In this document: piece by piece, positions 1-11,553 of the stretch
How positions within the stretch are numbered: position 1 is the stretch's first letter
Layout: each line of letters starts with the position of its first letter
Assembly (NCBI RefSeq): GCF_001677475.2
Contig: NZ_CP015229.1
Direction: 5' to 3' (one strand)
DNA from: Escherichia coli
GTDB lineage: Bacteria > Pseudomonadota > Gammaproteobacteria > Enterobacterales > Enterobacteriaceae
Length of the DNA: 64,000 nucleotides
Made by a program: the position numbers and the translations under genes
The notes under the pieces: generated by a model
What the model saw: only the letters and a program-made list of their open reading frames with translations
The model's database searches: none
Told to the model about the DNA's origin: nothing

Positions 1-464
1 AGCGAAATGGCTGTCGGTAAACCTGCCGCCAGTTCTTTCGCAAACGTTGGGCCAGAGATAACCGCCAGCGGAATTTGATCGCCTAACGCCTCGCGCGCCA
101 CGTCCTGTAACAGACGTCCGGTTTCCGCTTCCAGCCCTTTGGTCGCCCACACCAGACGCGCATCAGGACGCATCAGCGGTTTAATCTGACGCAGCACTTC
201 ACCAAAGACATGGCTGGGTACGACGACGAGAATATTACGGCTGGCTGCCAGCGCAGTGGCGAGATCGCTTTCAAGATGGAGCGTATCGGGAAAAGGCACA
301 TCGGGGAGAAACGCGGCGTTACAGCGGTCGCGTTCAAGCGTTGCGATATGTTCAGGGTCATGGCCCCAGAGGACAACCTCGTGGCCATTTCTTGCCAGGG
401 TGATGGCAAGAGCGGTGCCGTACGAGCCGGCACCGATCACAGTCATTGAAGCATTACGTTGGTT
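1..464 (-). CDS. gpsA: glycerol-3-phosphate dehydrogenase [NAD(P)+], N-terminal part (3' end lies outside window)
   Basis: Minus-strand reading from ATG at 462-464 gives [21 protein letters not shown] (Rossmann GxGxxG); frame runs off window start so it is absent from the ORF track. Confidence 0.85.
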
Positions 465-466
465 CA

Positions 467-934
467 TCAGGCATCCTGATGTTCTTCAGTACCTTCGCCA
501 GCCTGCTGCTGCAAATAGTTCATGAACAGCGCATCGAAGTTAACCGGCGCAAGGTTCAGTTGCGGGAATGTACCGCGGGATACCATGCTGGTGATGCACT
601 CACGAGCATACGGGAACAGAATGTTCGGGCAGTATGCGCCCAGGCAATGTGCCATCTGGGTGCCTTCGATACCCGCGATGGAGAAAATACCGCCCTGCTG
701 AACTTCACACAGGAACGCGGTTTCTTCGCCCAGGGAGGCCGTTACGGTAACACGCAGTACCACTTCGTAAACGTCATCTGCCAGTTGAGTAGATGCCGTA
801 TCCAGATCAAGTTTAACTTCTGGCTGCCAATCTTTCTGGAAAACGTGCGGCGCGTTCGGCGCTTCGAAAGAAATATCCTTGGTATAAATACGTTGGATCT
901 GGAAAGTCATTTCGGTGTTGTTTTGTTCTGACAT
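467..934 (-). CDS. secB: protein-export chaperone SecB
   Basis: 155 aa [32 protein letters not shown], recognised as SecB; position between gpsA and grxC. Confidence 0.95.
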
Positions 935-996
935 GTGTAGAAAACCCTTAAGTGTTGTCCTTAAATACTGCGCAATGTAATGCCAACGTTCGCACG

Positions 997-1248
997 TTAT
1001 TTCAGCAGGGGATCCAGTCCACCACGTGCATCCAATGCATACAAGTCATCACAGCCGCCAATGTGCTGTGCGTCAATAAAAATCTGGGGAACCGTGGTGC
1101 GACCGCTGCGTTTGATCATCTCTTCACGCTTAGCGGCGTTGCCATCGATCGGCAACTCCTGAAAACTCACACCCTTGCTGCTCAGCAGTGCTTTCGCACG
1201 ATGGCAATACGGGCAGGTTTCTTTGGTATAGATTTCAACATTGGCCAT
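997..1248 (-). CDS. grxC: glutaredoxin 3
   Basis: 83 aa ORF with CPYC active-site motif (TCPYCHRAK). Confidence 0.95.
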
Positions 1249-1389
1249 AAATTAGCTCCTGTTTTTTTACCCTGAAATTTCATGTTGCAGGGCGGCAGCA
1301 AAATGGAGTGTCCCCAGAAGCTTATAACAATAAGTCGCTGGGGGCCTAATTGCAGCTAACGGCCTGCATCATGAAAGACGACAGGTAAA

Positions 1390-1821
1390 TTATTTGCCGC
1401 GCACCAAAGGCAAGTTTTCGCCAGCCCAGCCAGCAACGCCCTCTTTCAGCACGAATACTTGCGCAAAACCCGCTTTCGTCAGTGCGTTTGCAGGCTCCTG
1501 GCACTGCATGCCAGAACCGTCTACCACGATAACTGGTTTGTCTTTGTGCTTCTCAAGCTCACCAACATTGTTGGCTTTGATTTCGCTCGGCAACAGGTTG
1601 ATAGAACCTGCGATATGGCCTTTACGGAAGTCATCACGCTGACGTAAATCCACAACCACAGCATCTTCTTTGTTGATCAGACGCGTAGCTTCACCACGAG
1701 TAATCACCTTCACTTTCGAGGTCAGGCTCTTAAACGTAGTCACAATAACCGCCACCAGTAACGCGATCCAGGCGATACTCAGTATGGGATGACGGCCAAC
1801 AAATTGCATAATTTCTTGCAT
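1390..1821 (-). CDS. yibN: rhodanese-domain inner membrane protein YibN
   Basis: ORF 1390-1833; likely start at internal Met (MQEIMQ) giving 143 aa; N-terminal TM helix plus rhodanese-like domain. Confidence 0.8.
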   Translation of the reverse strand: MQEIMQFVGRHPILSIAWIALLVAVIVTTFKSLTSKVKVITRGEATRLINKEDAVVVDLRQRDDFRKGHIAGSINLLPSEIKANNVGELEKHKDKPVIVVDGSGMQCQEPANALTKAGFAQVFVLKEGVAGWAGENLPLVRGK

Positions 1822-2063
1822 GGGGGGTAACAACTCCCGACGTAGTGATTAAAAACCAGGGAAGGAGTATACCTGCGCGTTGCGGCAAATACAGCCAGCG
1901 CGTGCACCGGAATGCAATTTTGCGGCACGCTACGAAAAAAAATCGCAAATCTGGCATCGGCTTGCCGCGAGCGGTCGTATATTTTGATCTTCAGAGGCTA
2001 TTTTATCGATTCAGCTGTAGTAAAATTACGCAAATTTTGACTCTTGAGTATGAGGTTGTCGCA

Positions 2064-3608
2064 ATGTCGGTTTCTAAAAAACCTATGGTACTGGTGATTC
2101 TGGATGGCTATGGCTATCGTGAAGAACAACAGGATAACGCCATTTTTAGTGCTAAAACCCCGGTAATGGATGCACTGTGGGCCAATCGTCCGCATACCCT
2201 GATCGACGCTTCCGGTCTGGAAGTCGGTCTGCCTGACCGTCAGATGGGTAACTCCGAAGTAGGCCACGTTAACCTGGGTGCCGGCCGCATCGTGTATCAG
2301 GACCTGACTCGTCTGGACGTTGAAATCAAAGATCGCGCTTTCTTTGCTAATCCGGTGCTGACTGGCGCGGTAGATAAAGCGAAAAACGCAGGCAAAGCAG
2401 TTCACATTATGGGTCTGCTCTCCGCAGGCGGCGTACACAGCCACGAAGATCACATCATGGCGATGGTAGAACTGGCAGCTGAACGCGGCGCAGAAAAAAT
2501 CTACCTGCACGCATTCCTTGACGGTCGCGACACTCCGCCGCGCAGTGCTGAATCCTCGCTGAAAAAATTCGAAGAGAAATTTGCCGCACTGGGCAAAGGC
2601 CGCGTAGCGTCCATCATTGGTCGTTACTACGCGATGGACCGCGATAACCGTTGGGATCGCGTTGAAAAAGCTTATGACCTGCTGACTCTGGCGCAGGGCG
2701 AGTTCCAGGCCGATACCGCCGTTGCTGGTTTGCAGGCTGCTTATGCTCGCGACGAAAACGACGAATTCGTGAAAGCGACCGTTATTCGTGCAGAAGGTCA
2801 GCCAGACGCGGCAATGGAAGACGGCGATGCGCTGATTTTCATGAACTTCCGTGCTGACCGCGCGCGTGAAATCACTCGTGCATTCGTGAACGCTGATTTC
2901 GATGGCTTCGCGCGTAAGAAAGTGGTTAACGTCGATTTCGTGATGCTGACCGAATACGCCGCTGACATCAAAACTGCGGTTGCTTACCCACCCGCTTCCC
3001 TGGTTAACACCTTCGGCGAGTGGATGGCGAAAAACGACAAAACTCAGCTGCGTATTTCCGAAACCGAAAAATATGCCCACGTCACTTTCTTCTTTAACGG
3101 TGGCGTAGAAGAGTCGTTCAAAGGCGAAGATCGCATTCTGATCAACTCACCGAAAGTGGCTACCTACGATCTGCAACCGGAAATGAGCTCCGCAGAGCTG
3201 ACCGAAAAACTGGTTGCGGCAATCAAGAGCGGCAAATACGACACCATTATCTGTAACTATCCGAACGGCGACATGGTAGGTCACACCGGGGTGATGGAAG
3301 CGGCGGTTAAAGCGGTTGAAGCGCTGGATCACTGCGTGGAAGAAGTCGCGAAAGCGGTTGAGTCCGTGGGTGGACAACTGCTGATCACCGCTGACCACGG
3401 TAACGCTGAGCAGATGCGCGATCCGGCAACGGGTCAGGCACACACGGCACACACCAACCTGCCAGTTCCGCTGATTTACGTTGGTGATAAGAACGTGAAA
3501 GCGGTTGAAGGCGGCAAACTTTCTGACATCGCGCCGACCATGTTGTCGCTGATGGGTATGGAAATCCCGCAAGAGATGACTGGTAAGCCGCTGTTCATCG
3601 TGGAATAA
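2064..3608 (+). CDS. gpmM: 2,3-bisphosphoglycerate-independent phosphoglycerate mutase
   Basis: ORF track starts at an upstream alternative start; true start at ATG 2064 ([19 protein letters not shown]) gives 514 aa matching the iPGM family. Confidence 0.93.
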   Translation: MSVSKKPMVLVILDGYGYREEQQDNAIFSAKTPVMDALWANRPHTLIDASGLEVGLPDRQMGNSEVGHVNLGAGRIVYQDLTRLDVEIKDRAFFANPVLTGAVDKAKNAGKAVHIMGLLSAGGVHSHEDHIMAMVELAAERGAEKIYLHAFLDGRDTPPRSAESSLKKFEEKFAALGKGRVASIIGRYYAMDRDNRWDRVEKAYDLLTLAQGEFQADTAVAGLQAAYARDENDEFVKATVIRAEGQPDAAMEDGDALIFMNFRADRAREITRAFVNADFDGFARKKVVNVDFVMLTEYAADIKTAVAYPPASLVNTFGEWMAKNDKTQLRISETEKYAHVTFFFNGGVEESFKGEDRILINSPKVATYDLQPEMSSAELTEKLVAAIKSGKYDTIICNYPNGDMVGHTGVMEAAVKAVEALDHCVEEVAKAVESVGGQLLITADHGNAEQMRDPATGQAHTAHTNLPVPLIYVGDKNVKAVEGGKLSDIAPTMLSLMGMEIPQEMTGKPLFIVE

Positions 3609-3641
3609 TCCCTCCCCATGAGGGGAAAGGCGATTAATACC

Positions 3642-4901
3642 ATGACACGGGCCGTGAAACCGCGCAGGTTTGCAATCAGGCCCATCATCTACGCCAGCGT
3701 TCTGAGCGCTGGCGTATTGTTGTGCGCCTTTTCCGCCCACGCGGATGAGCGTGACCAACTCAAATCCATTCAGGCTGACATCGCCGCGAAAGAGCGCGCG
3801 GTACGCCAAAAGCAACAACAACGCGCAAGCCTGCTCGCACAATTGAAAAAGCAGGAAGAAGCGATCTCTGAAGCCACCCGTAAACTGCGCGAAACGCAAA
3901 ACACGCTCAATCAACTGAATAAACAGATTGATGAGATGAACGCGTCGATTGCCAAACTGGAGCAGCAAAAAGCCGCCCAGGAGCGCAGCCTCGCCGCACA
4001 ACTGGATGCCGCATTCCGTCAGGGCGAGCATACCGGTATTCAGCTAATTCTCAGCGGTGAAGAAAGCCAGCGTGGTCAGCGTTTACAGGCTTATTTCGGC
4101 TATCTCAACCAGGCGCGACAAGAAACCATTGCTCAGTTGAAACAAACGCGTGAAGAAGTCGCTATGCAGCGTGCCGAACTGGAAGAGAAACAGAGCGAGC
4201 AACAAACGCTTTTATATGAGCAGCGCGCCCAACAGGCGAAGCTGACCCAGGCGTTGAGCGAGCGTAAAAAGACGCTGGCAGGGCTGGAGTCTTCCATCCA
4301 GCAAGGTCAGCAACAGTTGAGCGAGCTGCGCGCCAACGAATCCCGTCTGCGTAACAGCATTGCCCGTGCGGAAGCCGCGGCGAAAGCGCGTGCTGAACGT
4401 GAAGCGCGCGAAGCCCAGGCGGTTCGCGACCGCCAGAAAGAAGCGACGCGCAAAGGCACCACCTACAAACCGACCGAAAGCGAAAAATCGCTGATGTCCC
4501 GAACTGGTGGCCTGGGTGCGCCGCGTGGTCAGGCATTCTGGCCGGTTCGCGGGCCGACGTTGCATCGCTATGGCGAGCAGCTACAGGGTGAATTACGCTG
4601 GAAAGGGATGGTTATCGGTGCCTCTGAAGGTACTGAAGTTAAAGCGATTGCCGACGGTCGGGTGATTCTGGCTGACTGGCTGCAAGGCTACGGTCTGGTG
4701 GTGGTGGTTGAGCATGGTAAAGGCGACATGAGTCTTTACGGCTATAATCAGAGCGCACTGGTGAGCGTTGGTTCGCAGGTTCGCGCGGGCCAGCCAATTG
4801 CACTGGTGGGCAGCAGTGGCGGTCAGGGTCGGCCTTCACTCTATTTCGAAATTCGCCGCCAGGGTCAGGCGGTCAATCCACAGCCGTGGTTGGGAAGATA
4901 A
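3642..4901 (+). CDS. envC: murein hydrolase activator EnvC (coiled-coil plus LytM/M23 domain)
   Basis: Signal peptide MTRAVKPRRFAIRPIIYASVLSAGVLLCAFSAHA, Q/E-rich coiled coil, C-terminal M23-like domain; 419 aa from ATG 3642. Confidence 0.92.
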   Translation: MTRAVKPRRFAIRPIIYASVLSAGVLLCAFSAHADERDQLKSIQADIAAKERAVRQKQQQRASLLAQLKKQEEAISEATRKLRETQNTLNQLNKQIDEMNASIAKLEQQKAAQERSLAAQLDAAFRQGEHTGIQLILSGEESQRGQRLQAYFGYLNQARQETIAQLKQTREEVAMQRAELEEKQSEQQTLLYEQRAQQAKLTQALSERKKTLAGLESSIQQGQQQLSELRANESRLRNSIARAEAAAKARAEREAREAQAVRDRQKEATRKGTTYKPTESEKSLMSRTGGLGAPRGQAFWPVRGPTLHRYGEQLQGELRWKGMVIGASEGTEVKAIADGRVILADWLQGYGLVVVVEHGKGDMSLYGYNQSALVSVGSQVRAGQPIALVGSSGGQGRPSLYFEIRRQGQAVNPQPWLGR

Positions 4902-4904
4902 GTT

Positions 4905-5864
4905 TTGTTTCCATTTCGTCGTAACGTTCTTGCATTTGCCGCTCTGTTGGCGCTCTCCTCCCCCGTAATTGCTGGCAAACTTGCCATCGTCATTGATGAT
5001 TTTGGGTATCGCCCGCACAACGAAAACCAGGTGCTGGCGATGCCTTCCGCTATCTCCGTCGCTGTATTACCCGATTCACCGCACGCCAGAGAGATGGCAA
5101 CCAAAGCGCATAACAGCGGTCACGAAGTGTTGATTCATCTACCGATGGCACCACTGAGTAAACAGCCGCTGGAGAAAAATACGCTACGCCCGGAGATGAG
5201 CAGCGACGAAATTGAGCGCATTATTCGTAGTGCGGTCAATAATGTGCCCTATGCCGTGGGGATCAACAACCACATGGGCAGCAAGATGACCTCTAACCTG
5301 TTTGGTATGCAGAAAGTGATGCAGGCGCTGGAGCGTTACAATCTTTACTTCCTCGACAGCGTAACCATTGGTAATACCCAGGCGATGCGCGCCGCGCAAG
5401 GCACTGGCGTGAAGGTGATCAAACGGAAGGTGTTCCTCGACGATTCACAGAACGAAGCGGACATCCGTGTGCAGTTCAATCGCGCAATTGATCTGGCGCG
5501 TCGCAACGGTTCGACCATTGCCATTGGGCATCCTCACCCTTCCACGGTACGCGTGTTACAACAGATGGTTTATAACCTGCCGCCAGACATTACGCTGGTG
5601 AAAGCCAGCAGCTTGCTGAATGAACCGCAGGTTGATACGTCTACACCGCCGAAAAACACTGTGCCCGACACACCGCGTAATCCGTTCCGTGGCGTGAAGC
5701 TCTGCAAACCGAAGAAACCGATAGAACCTGTTTATGCTAATCGCTTCTTTGAAGTATTAAGCGAAAGCATCAGCCAGAGCACGCTGATCGTTTACTTCCA
5801 ACATCAGTGGCAAGGCTGGGGCAAACAGCCCGAAGCGGCAAAACTTAACGCTAGCGCAAATTAA
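4905..5864 (+). CDS. yibQ: divergent polysaccharide deacetylase family protein YibQ
   Basis: 319 aa ORF with TTG start 3 nt after envC stop; signal peptide; synteny. Confidence 0.85.
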   Translation: MFPFRRNVLAFAALLALSSPVIAGKLAIVIDDFGYRPHNENQVLAMPSAISVAVLPDSPHAREMATKAHNSGHEVLIHLPMAPLSKQPLEKNTLRPEMSSDEIERIIRSAVNNVPYAVGINNHMGSKMTSNLFGMQKVMQALERYNLYFLDSVTIGNTQAMRAAQGTGVKVIKRKVFLDDSQNEADIRVQFNRAIDLARRNGSTIAIGHPHPSTVRVLQQMVYNLPPDITLVKASSLLNEPQVDTSTPPKNTVPDTPRNPFRGVKLCKPKKPIEPVYANRFFEVLSESISQSTLIVYFQHQWQGWGKQPEAAKLNASAN

Positions 5865-6885
5865 AGGCGCTGCGCGTAATGCGATGGTGCGACCGCGTTT
5901 TGTCGCGCCATTGCCATAAGCGGAAAGACCACAGTAACGCCTGATAACCCACCTTCACGCTGCGCACATTGGTAATCAGGCGCTTATACATACCGGAAGT
6001 AAATATCTCGGCAATCATCCGTTGGCGGGTAATAATATCCGGCTCTTTACGCACCGCATGGCAAACACGCAATGCTTCGTAAGTTATTTGCTGATGAAAT
6101 TCCGGGTAAATCGTAATTTTGTCGGCATAATTTCGATTTAATTTCTCCAGCAGGCGGGTAATCTTAATATAGTGACGTTGATAATTAAGGTTTTTATTCC
6201 CTTGTCTATTCAACCGACTCACTGACGTATTATGCAGATAATATTTATATAACGATTGCTCGGTATATCGCGCACGCAAAGCGTTAAACATGAATTCTGT
6301 TGTCCAGACAATATCCTGATGATGTAATCCGGCTATAAATTTAATGTTATTTTTAACAATAACATCGCGGCGATAAACCCCCATCCAGACAACGTGAGTC
6401 CAACGGCGCGAAGAAAGCCCCATCCGCAGCCAGTCCGGGCCGGTTAATACGCCGGTTGAGCGAAGGCGATCGGTGGGGATGGATTGCCAGGTTTCTCCCG
6501 TTTCACGAAAACACCAATCAGCGTTGCACTGCGCCACGTCGAGGTCGTCCTCTAACGCCATGGTCATCAGCGTTTCGTACATGGTGGGATAGACCTCATC
6601 GTCAGCATCGACAAAAGCGACATATTTTCCCGTTGCCACTTCAATCCCACGATTACGCGCCACCGATGCGCCAGCATTCGCCTGATGCAACAAACGAACG
6701 TGCGGATAGTTTTCTGCGTAATACTTTGCTATTTCAACAGAATTATCCGTTGAACCATCGTTAATAATAATGATTTCCAGAGCAGTCCAGGTTTGCGTAA
6801 TTAAAGATTCCATACAAGTGCGGAAATCATCGCCCGCATTATATAACGGAATAATAACACTAAGTTTATTGGTGCTGTTCATCAT
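5851..6885 (-). CDS. waaH: family 2 glycosyltransferase (LPS core glucuronic acid transferase WaaH)
   Basis: 344 aa; N-terminal GT2 motifs (LSVIIPLYNAGDDF, DGSTDNS, DADDE); position next to tdh. Confidence 0.85.
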   Translation of the reverse strand: MMNSTNKLSVIIPLYNAGDDFRTCMESLITQTWTALEIIIINDGSTDNSVEIAKYYAENYPHVRLLHQANAGASVARNRGIEVATGKYVAFVDADDEVYPTMYETLMTMALEDDLDVAQCNADWCFRETGETWQSIPTDRLRSTGVLTGPDWLRMGLSSRRWTHVVWMGVYRRDVIVKNNIKFIAGLHHQDIVWTTEFMFNALRARYTEQSLYKYYLHNTSVSRLNRQGNKNLNYQRHYIKITRLLEKLNRNYADKITIYPEFHQQITYEALRVCHAVRKEPDIITRQRMIAEIFTSGMYKRLITNVRSVKVGYQALLWSFRLWQWRDKTRSHHRITRSAFNLR

Positions 6886-7090
6886 AAATTACCGACGACC
6901 TCTGAAGTTATCCTGACGTTTTACAGGCTTTGTATTAAGAAACTATTAAGCCTGTGAGATATTATTTTTACAGGTGAGAGAGTCACTTCAGAGTAGAGAG
7001 ATAATGAGAGCAGCTATATAAGAGATCAGCGCAATTACGATATCTTTATTACACTGACAGGATTTTACATATTTAACGGATTATCCTCAG

Positions 7091-7116
7091 GCAAAAGGGC
7101 TGGAATACCAGCCCTT
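7091..7116 (-). terminator. hairpin terminator downstream of tdh (kbl-tdh operon)
   Basis: Perfect 9 bp stem AAGGGCTGG/CCAGCCCTT with 4 nt loop, followed on the minus strand by TTTTGCC, just after the tdh stop. Confidence 0.55.
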
Positions 7117-7123
7117 GTTCGTG

Positions 7124-8149
7124 TTAATCCCAGCTCAGAATAACTTTCCCGGACTGGCCCGAACGCATGGCGTCAAAGCCCTTCTGGAAATCATCGATAG
7201 AGAAACGATGGGTAATGATCGGCGAGAGATCGAGGCCAGACTGAATCAGCGCCGCCATCTTGTACCAGGTTTCAAACATCTCACGACCGTAAATACCTTT
7301 AATGAACAAGCCTTTAAAGATCACTTTGGTCCAGTCGATAGACATATCAGACGGTGGAATACCCAGCATCGCAATGCGACCGCCGTGGTTCATGGTGTCG
7401 AGCATGGTACGAAACGCTGGCGGCGCACCGGACATTTCCAGACCGACATCAAAGCCTTCGGTCATGCCTAGCTCCGCCATCACGTCATTGAGATTTTCTT
7501 TCGCGACGTTAACCGCACGGGTGATACCCATTTTGCGCGCCAGCTCAAGGCGGTATTCGTTAACATCAGTAATCACCACGTTACGTGCACCAACGTGTTT
7601 CGCCACCGCCGCCGCCATAATACCAATCGGGCCTGCACCAGAGACCAGCACATCCTCGCCCACCAGATCAAACGACAGCGCGGTATGCACGGCGTTACCG
7701 AAGGGATCAAAAATGGAAGCCAGATCATCGGAGATATTGTCGGGGATTTTGAAAGCGTTGAACGCCGGAATCACCAGATACTCGGCGAAGCAGCCCGGAC
7801 GGTTAACGCCGACGCCGATCGTGTTGCGGCACAGATGGGTACGACCGCCACGACAGTTGCGACAGTGACCGCAGGTGATATGGCCTTCGCCAGAAACGCG
7901 ATCGCCAATCTTGAAGCCTTTCACTTCCTGACCAATACCTACCACTTCACCGACATATTCATGGCCCACGACCATCGGCACCGGGATGGTTTTTTGCGAC
8001 CACTCATCCCAGTTATAGATGTGAACGTCAGTCCCGCAGATGGCTGTTTTACGGATTTTAATCAGCAGATCGTTATGCCCGAGTTCCGGTACAGGAACGT
8101 CGGTCATCCAGATGCCCTCTTCCGCTTTCAGTTTGGATAACGCTTTCAT
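7124..8149 (-). CDS. tdh: L-threonine 3-dehydrogenase (zinc ADH family)
   Basis: 341 aa; [43 protein letters not shown], zinc-binding ADH motifs. Confidence 0.95.
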
Positions 8150-8158
8150 CTCACATCC

Positions 8159-9355
8159 TCAGGCGATAACGCCCAGTTGTTTACCAATACGCGTGAATGC
8201 TTCTACTGCACGCGTAATTTGCTCAGGGGTATGCGCCGCAGACATCTGGGTACGAATACGCGCCTGACCTTTCGGAACGACCGGATAGAAGAAACCGGTG
8301 ACGTAAATGCCCTCTTTTTGCAGCTCACGGGCAAATTTCTGCGCCACTACTGCATCACCAAGCATGACCGGAATAATGGCGTGATCGGCTCCCGCCAGGG
8401 TAAAGCCCGCCGCCGACATTTGCTCACGGAACTGACGCGCGTTCGCCCAGAGACGGTCACGCAGCTCGCTACCCGCTTCAACCATCTCCAGCACTTTGAT
8501 GGACGCGGCAACAATGGCCGGTGCCAGCGAGTTGGAGAACAGGTACGGACGAGAACGCTGGCGCAGCCACTCAACCACTTCTTTGCGCGCCGCGGTATAA
8601 CCACCAGAAGCCCCGCCCAGCGCTTTACCGAGCGTGCCGGTGATAATATCGACCCGGCCCATCACATCGCAGTATTCATGGGAACCACGACCGTTTTCAC
8701 CGACAAAACCTACCGCGTGGGAGTCGTCTACCATCACCAGGGCATCATATTTATCTGCCAGATCGCAAACGCCCTTCAGGTTGGCAATCACGCCGTCCAT
8801 CGAGAACACACCATCGGTGGCAATCAGCACATGACGCGCACCGGCTTCACGCGCTTCTTTCAGACGTGCTTCCAGCTCCTGCATATCGTTGTTGGCATAG
8901 CGATAGCGTTTAGCTTTGCACAGACGCACACCATCAATAATAGACGCGTGGTTCAGTGCGTCGGAGATAATGGCGTCCTCCGCGCCTAACAGCGTTTCGA
9001 ACAGGCCACCGTTAGCATCAAAGCAGGAAGAGTAGAGAATCGCATCTTCCATCCCCAGGAAGGCCGCCAGTTTTTGTTCAAGCTCTTTATGGCTGTCCTG
9101 AGTGCCGCAAATAAAACGCACCGAAGCCATGCCGAAACCGTGAGAATCCATTCCCGCCTTTGCTGCCGCAATCAGATCCGGATGATTCGCCAGCCCGAGA
9201 TAGTTGTTGGCACAAAAGTTAATGACGTGGCTTCCATCAGCCACAGTGATATCTGCTTGCTGCGCAGACGTAATAATGCGCTCTTCTTTAAACAACCCTT
9301 CCGCCCGTGCGGTTTCCAGATCGTTGGTTAACTGCTGATAAAATTCTCCACGCAT
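8159..9355 (-). CDS. kbl: 2-amino-3-ketobutyrate CoA ligase (glycine C-acetyltransferase)
   Basis: 398 aa PLP-dependent class II aminotransferase fold; adjacent to and co-oriented with tdh. Confidence 0.95.
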   Translation of the reverse strand: MRGEFYQQLTNDLETARAEGLFKEERIITSAQQADITVADGSHVINFCANNYLGLANHPDLIAAAKAGMDSHGFGMASVRFICGTQDSHKELEQKLAAFLGMEDAILYSSCFDANGGLFETLLGAEDAIISDALNHASIIDGVRLCKAKRYRYANNDMQELEARLKEAREAGARHVLIATDGVFSMDGVIANLKGVCDLADKYDALVMVDDSHAVGFVGENGRGSHEYCDVMGRVDIITGTLGKALGGASGGYTAARKEVVEWLRQRSRPYLFSNSLAPAIVAASIKVLEMVEAGSELRDRLWANARQFREQMSAAGFTLAGADHAIIPVMLGDAVVAQKFARELQKEGIYVTGFFYPVVPKGQARIRTQMSAAHTPEQITRAVEAFTRIGKQLGVIA

Positions 9356-9568
9356 TGCGATTCTCCAGACAGGGCAAATTCCAGCACATATTACCCAAAC
9401 TTATAGGTCGCGACGAGATGACGCGTTAACACTTCTGCAAAATTCAGGATAAATAACGTCCATCAATCTCACTTTTGGCGAATGGCTGAAGCCAACGCCG
9501 TGTAGTGATATGATAGAAGTATTCGTGTCTGAGATTGTCTCTGACTCCATAATTCGAAGGTTACAGTT

Positions 9569-10501
9569 ATGATCATCGTTACCGGCGGCGCGGGCTTTAT
9601 CGGCAGCAACATCGTTAAGGCCCTGAATGATAAAGGCATCACCGATATTCTGGTGGTGGACAACCTGAAAGACGGCACCAAGTTTGTGAACCTGGTGGAT
9701 CTGAATATCGCGGACTATATGGATAAGGAAGACTTCCTGATCCAGATTATGGCTGGCGAAGAGTTCGGTGATGTCGAAGCGATTTTCCACGAGGGCGCAT
9801 GCTCTTCCACCACCGAGTGGGATGGCAAGTATATGATGGATAACAACTATCAATACTCCAAAGAGCTGTTGCACTACTGTCTGGAGCGCGAAATCCCGTT
9901 CCTGTATGCCTCTTCCGCAGCCACCTACGGCGGACGCACCTCCGACTTTATTGAATCCCGCGAATACGAAAAACCACTGAACGTCTACGGTTACTCAAAA
10001 TTCCTGTTTGATGAATATGTTCGTCAAATTCTGCCGGAAGCAAACTCACAGATTGTTGGCTTCCGTTATTTCAACGTTTATGGACCGCGTGAAGGCCATA
10101 AAGGCAGCATGGCGAGCGTCGCTTTCCATCTCAACACCCAGCTTAACAACGGTGAATCGCCAAAACTGTTCGAAGGTAGCGAGAACTTCAAACGCGACTT
10201 CGTCTATGTGGGCGACGTGGCAGATGTAAACCTGTGGTTCCTGGAAAATGGCGTTTCCGGCATCTTCAACCTCGGCACCGGTCGTGCGGAATCCTTCCAG
10301 GCTGTAGCTGATGCTACGCTGGCTTATCACAAGAAAGGCCAGATCGAATACATTCCGTTCCCGGATAAGCTGAAAGGCCGCTACCAGGCGTTCACTCAGG
10401 CAGATCTGACAAATCTGCGCGCGGCGGGTTACGACAAACCGTTCAAAACCGTTGCTGAAGGTGTAACGGAATACATGGCCTGGCTGAATCGCGACGCGTA
10501 A
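9569..10501 (+). CDS. hldD: ADP-L-glycero-D-manno-heptose 6-epimerase
   Basis: 310 aa; [26 protein letters not shown]-binding motif; leads the waaFCL operon. Confidence 0.95.
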
Positions 10502-10503
10502 CT

Positions 10504-11550
10504 ATGAAGATTTTGGTGATAGGCCCGTCTTGGGTTGGCGACATGATGATGTCGCAAAGTCTCTATCGCACGCTCCAGGCGCGCTATCCCCAGGCGATAA
10601 TCGACGTGATGGCACCGGCATGGTGCCGTCCGTTATTATCGCGGATGCCGGAAGTTAACGAAGCTATCCCTATGCCTCTCGGTCACGGAGCGCTGGAAAT
10701 CGGCGAACGCCGCAAACTGGGTCATAGTCTGCGTGAAAAGCGCTACGACCGCGCCTACGTCTTACCTAACTCCTTCAAATCCGCATTAGTGCCTTTCTTC
10801 GCGGGTATTCCTCATCGCACCGGCTGGCGCGGCGAGATGCGCTACGGTTTACTCAACGATGTACGCGTGCTCGATAAAGAAGCCTGGCCGCTAATGGTGG
10901 AACGCTATGTCGCGCTGGCCTATGACAAAGGCGTTATGCGTACCGCACAAGATCTGCCGCAACCATTGTTATGGCCGCAGTTGCAGGTGAGCGAAGGTGA
11001 AAAATCATATACCTGTAATCAATTTTCGCTTTCATCAGAACGTCCGATGATTGGTTTTTGCCCGGGGGCGGAGTTTGGTCCGGCAAAACGCTGGCCACAC
11101 TACCACTATGCTGAGCTGGCAAAGCAGCTGATTGATGAAGGTTATCAGGTGGTTCTGTTTGGTTCGGCGAAAGATCATGAGGCGGGCAATGAGATACTCG
11201 CCGCACTGAATACTGAGCAGCAGGCATGGTGTCGGAACCTGGCGGGGGAAACACAGCTTGATCAAGCGGTTATCCTGATTGCAGCCTGTAAAGCCATTGT
11301 CACTAACGATTCTGGCCTGATGCACGTTGCGGCGGCGCTCAATCGTCCGCTGGTTGCCCTGTATGGTCCGAGTAGCCCGGACTTCACACCGCCACTATCC
11401 CATAAAGCGCGCGTGATCCGCCTGATTACCGGCTATCACAAAGTGCGTAAAGGTGACGCTGCGGAGGGTTATCACCAGAGCTTGATCGACATTACTCCCC
11501 AGCGCGTACTGGAAGAACTCAACGCGCTATTGTTACAAGAGGAAGCCTGA
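10504..11550 (+). CDS. waaF: ADP-heptose:LPS heptosyltransferase II
   Basis: 348 aa GT9 family; MKILVIGPSWVGDMMMSQSLY. Confidence 0.93.
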   Translation: MKILVIGPSWVGDMMMSQSLYRTLQARYPQAIIDVMAPAWCRPLLSRMPEVNEAIPMPLGHGALEIGERRKLGHSLREKRYDRAYVLPNSFKSALVPFFAGIPHRTGWRGEMRYGLLNDVRVLDKEAWPLMVERYVALAYDKGVMRTAQDLPQPLLWPQLQVSEGEKSYTCNQFSLSSERPMIGFCPGAEFGPAKRWPHYHYAELAKQLIDEGYQVVLFGSAKDHEAGNEILAALNTEQQAWCRNLAGETQLDQAVILIAACKAIVTNDSGLMHVAAALNRPLVALYGPSSPDFTPPLSHKARVIRLITGYHKVRKGDAAEGYHQSLIDITPQRVLEELNALLLQEEA

Positions 11551-11553
11551 CGG

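Noticed and set aside
1845-2063. N-terminal extensions in ORF-track calls (gpmM, envC, coaD, dfp, slmA, pyrE, rph, dinD, yicG, gmk, recG, xanP, yicH, yicJ, yicS)
   Set aside because: The track starts at the first ATG/GTG/TTG after a stop; conserved N-termini and ribosome-binding sites place true starts at internal Met codons, so the extensions are not separate genes or fusions.
1998-3080. 360 aa minus-strand ORF
   Set aside because: Lies entirely antisense to gpmM, which has a clear conserved product; no ribosome-binding site or motif; typical long antisense ORF in a GC-balanced gene.
3147-4031. 294 aa minus-strand ORF
   Set aside because: Antisense to the gpmM 3' end and the envC coiled-coil region; repetitive low-complexity translation.
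7302-8989. Plus-strand ORFs of 188, 181 and 270 aa
   Set aside because: Antisense to tdh and kbl; Arg/Thr-rich translations typical of spurious frames.
9401-9874. 157 aa minus-strand ORF in the kbl-hldD region
   Set aside because: Mostly overlaps the hldD N-terminal coding region on the opposite strand; not an htrL remnant.
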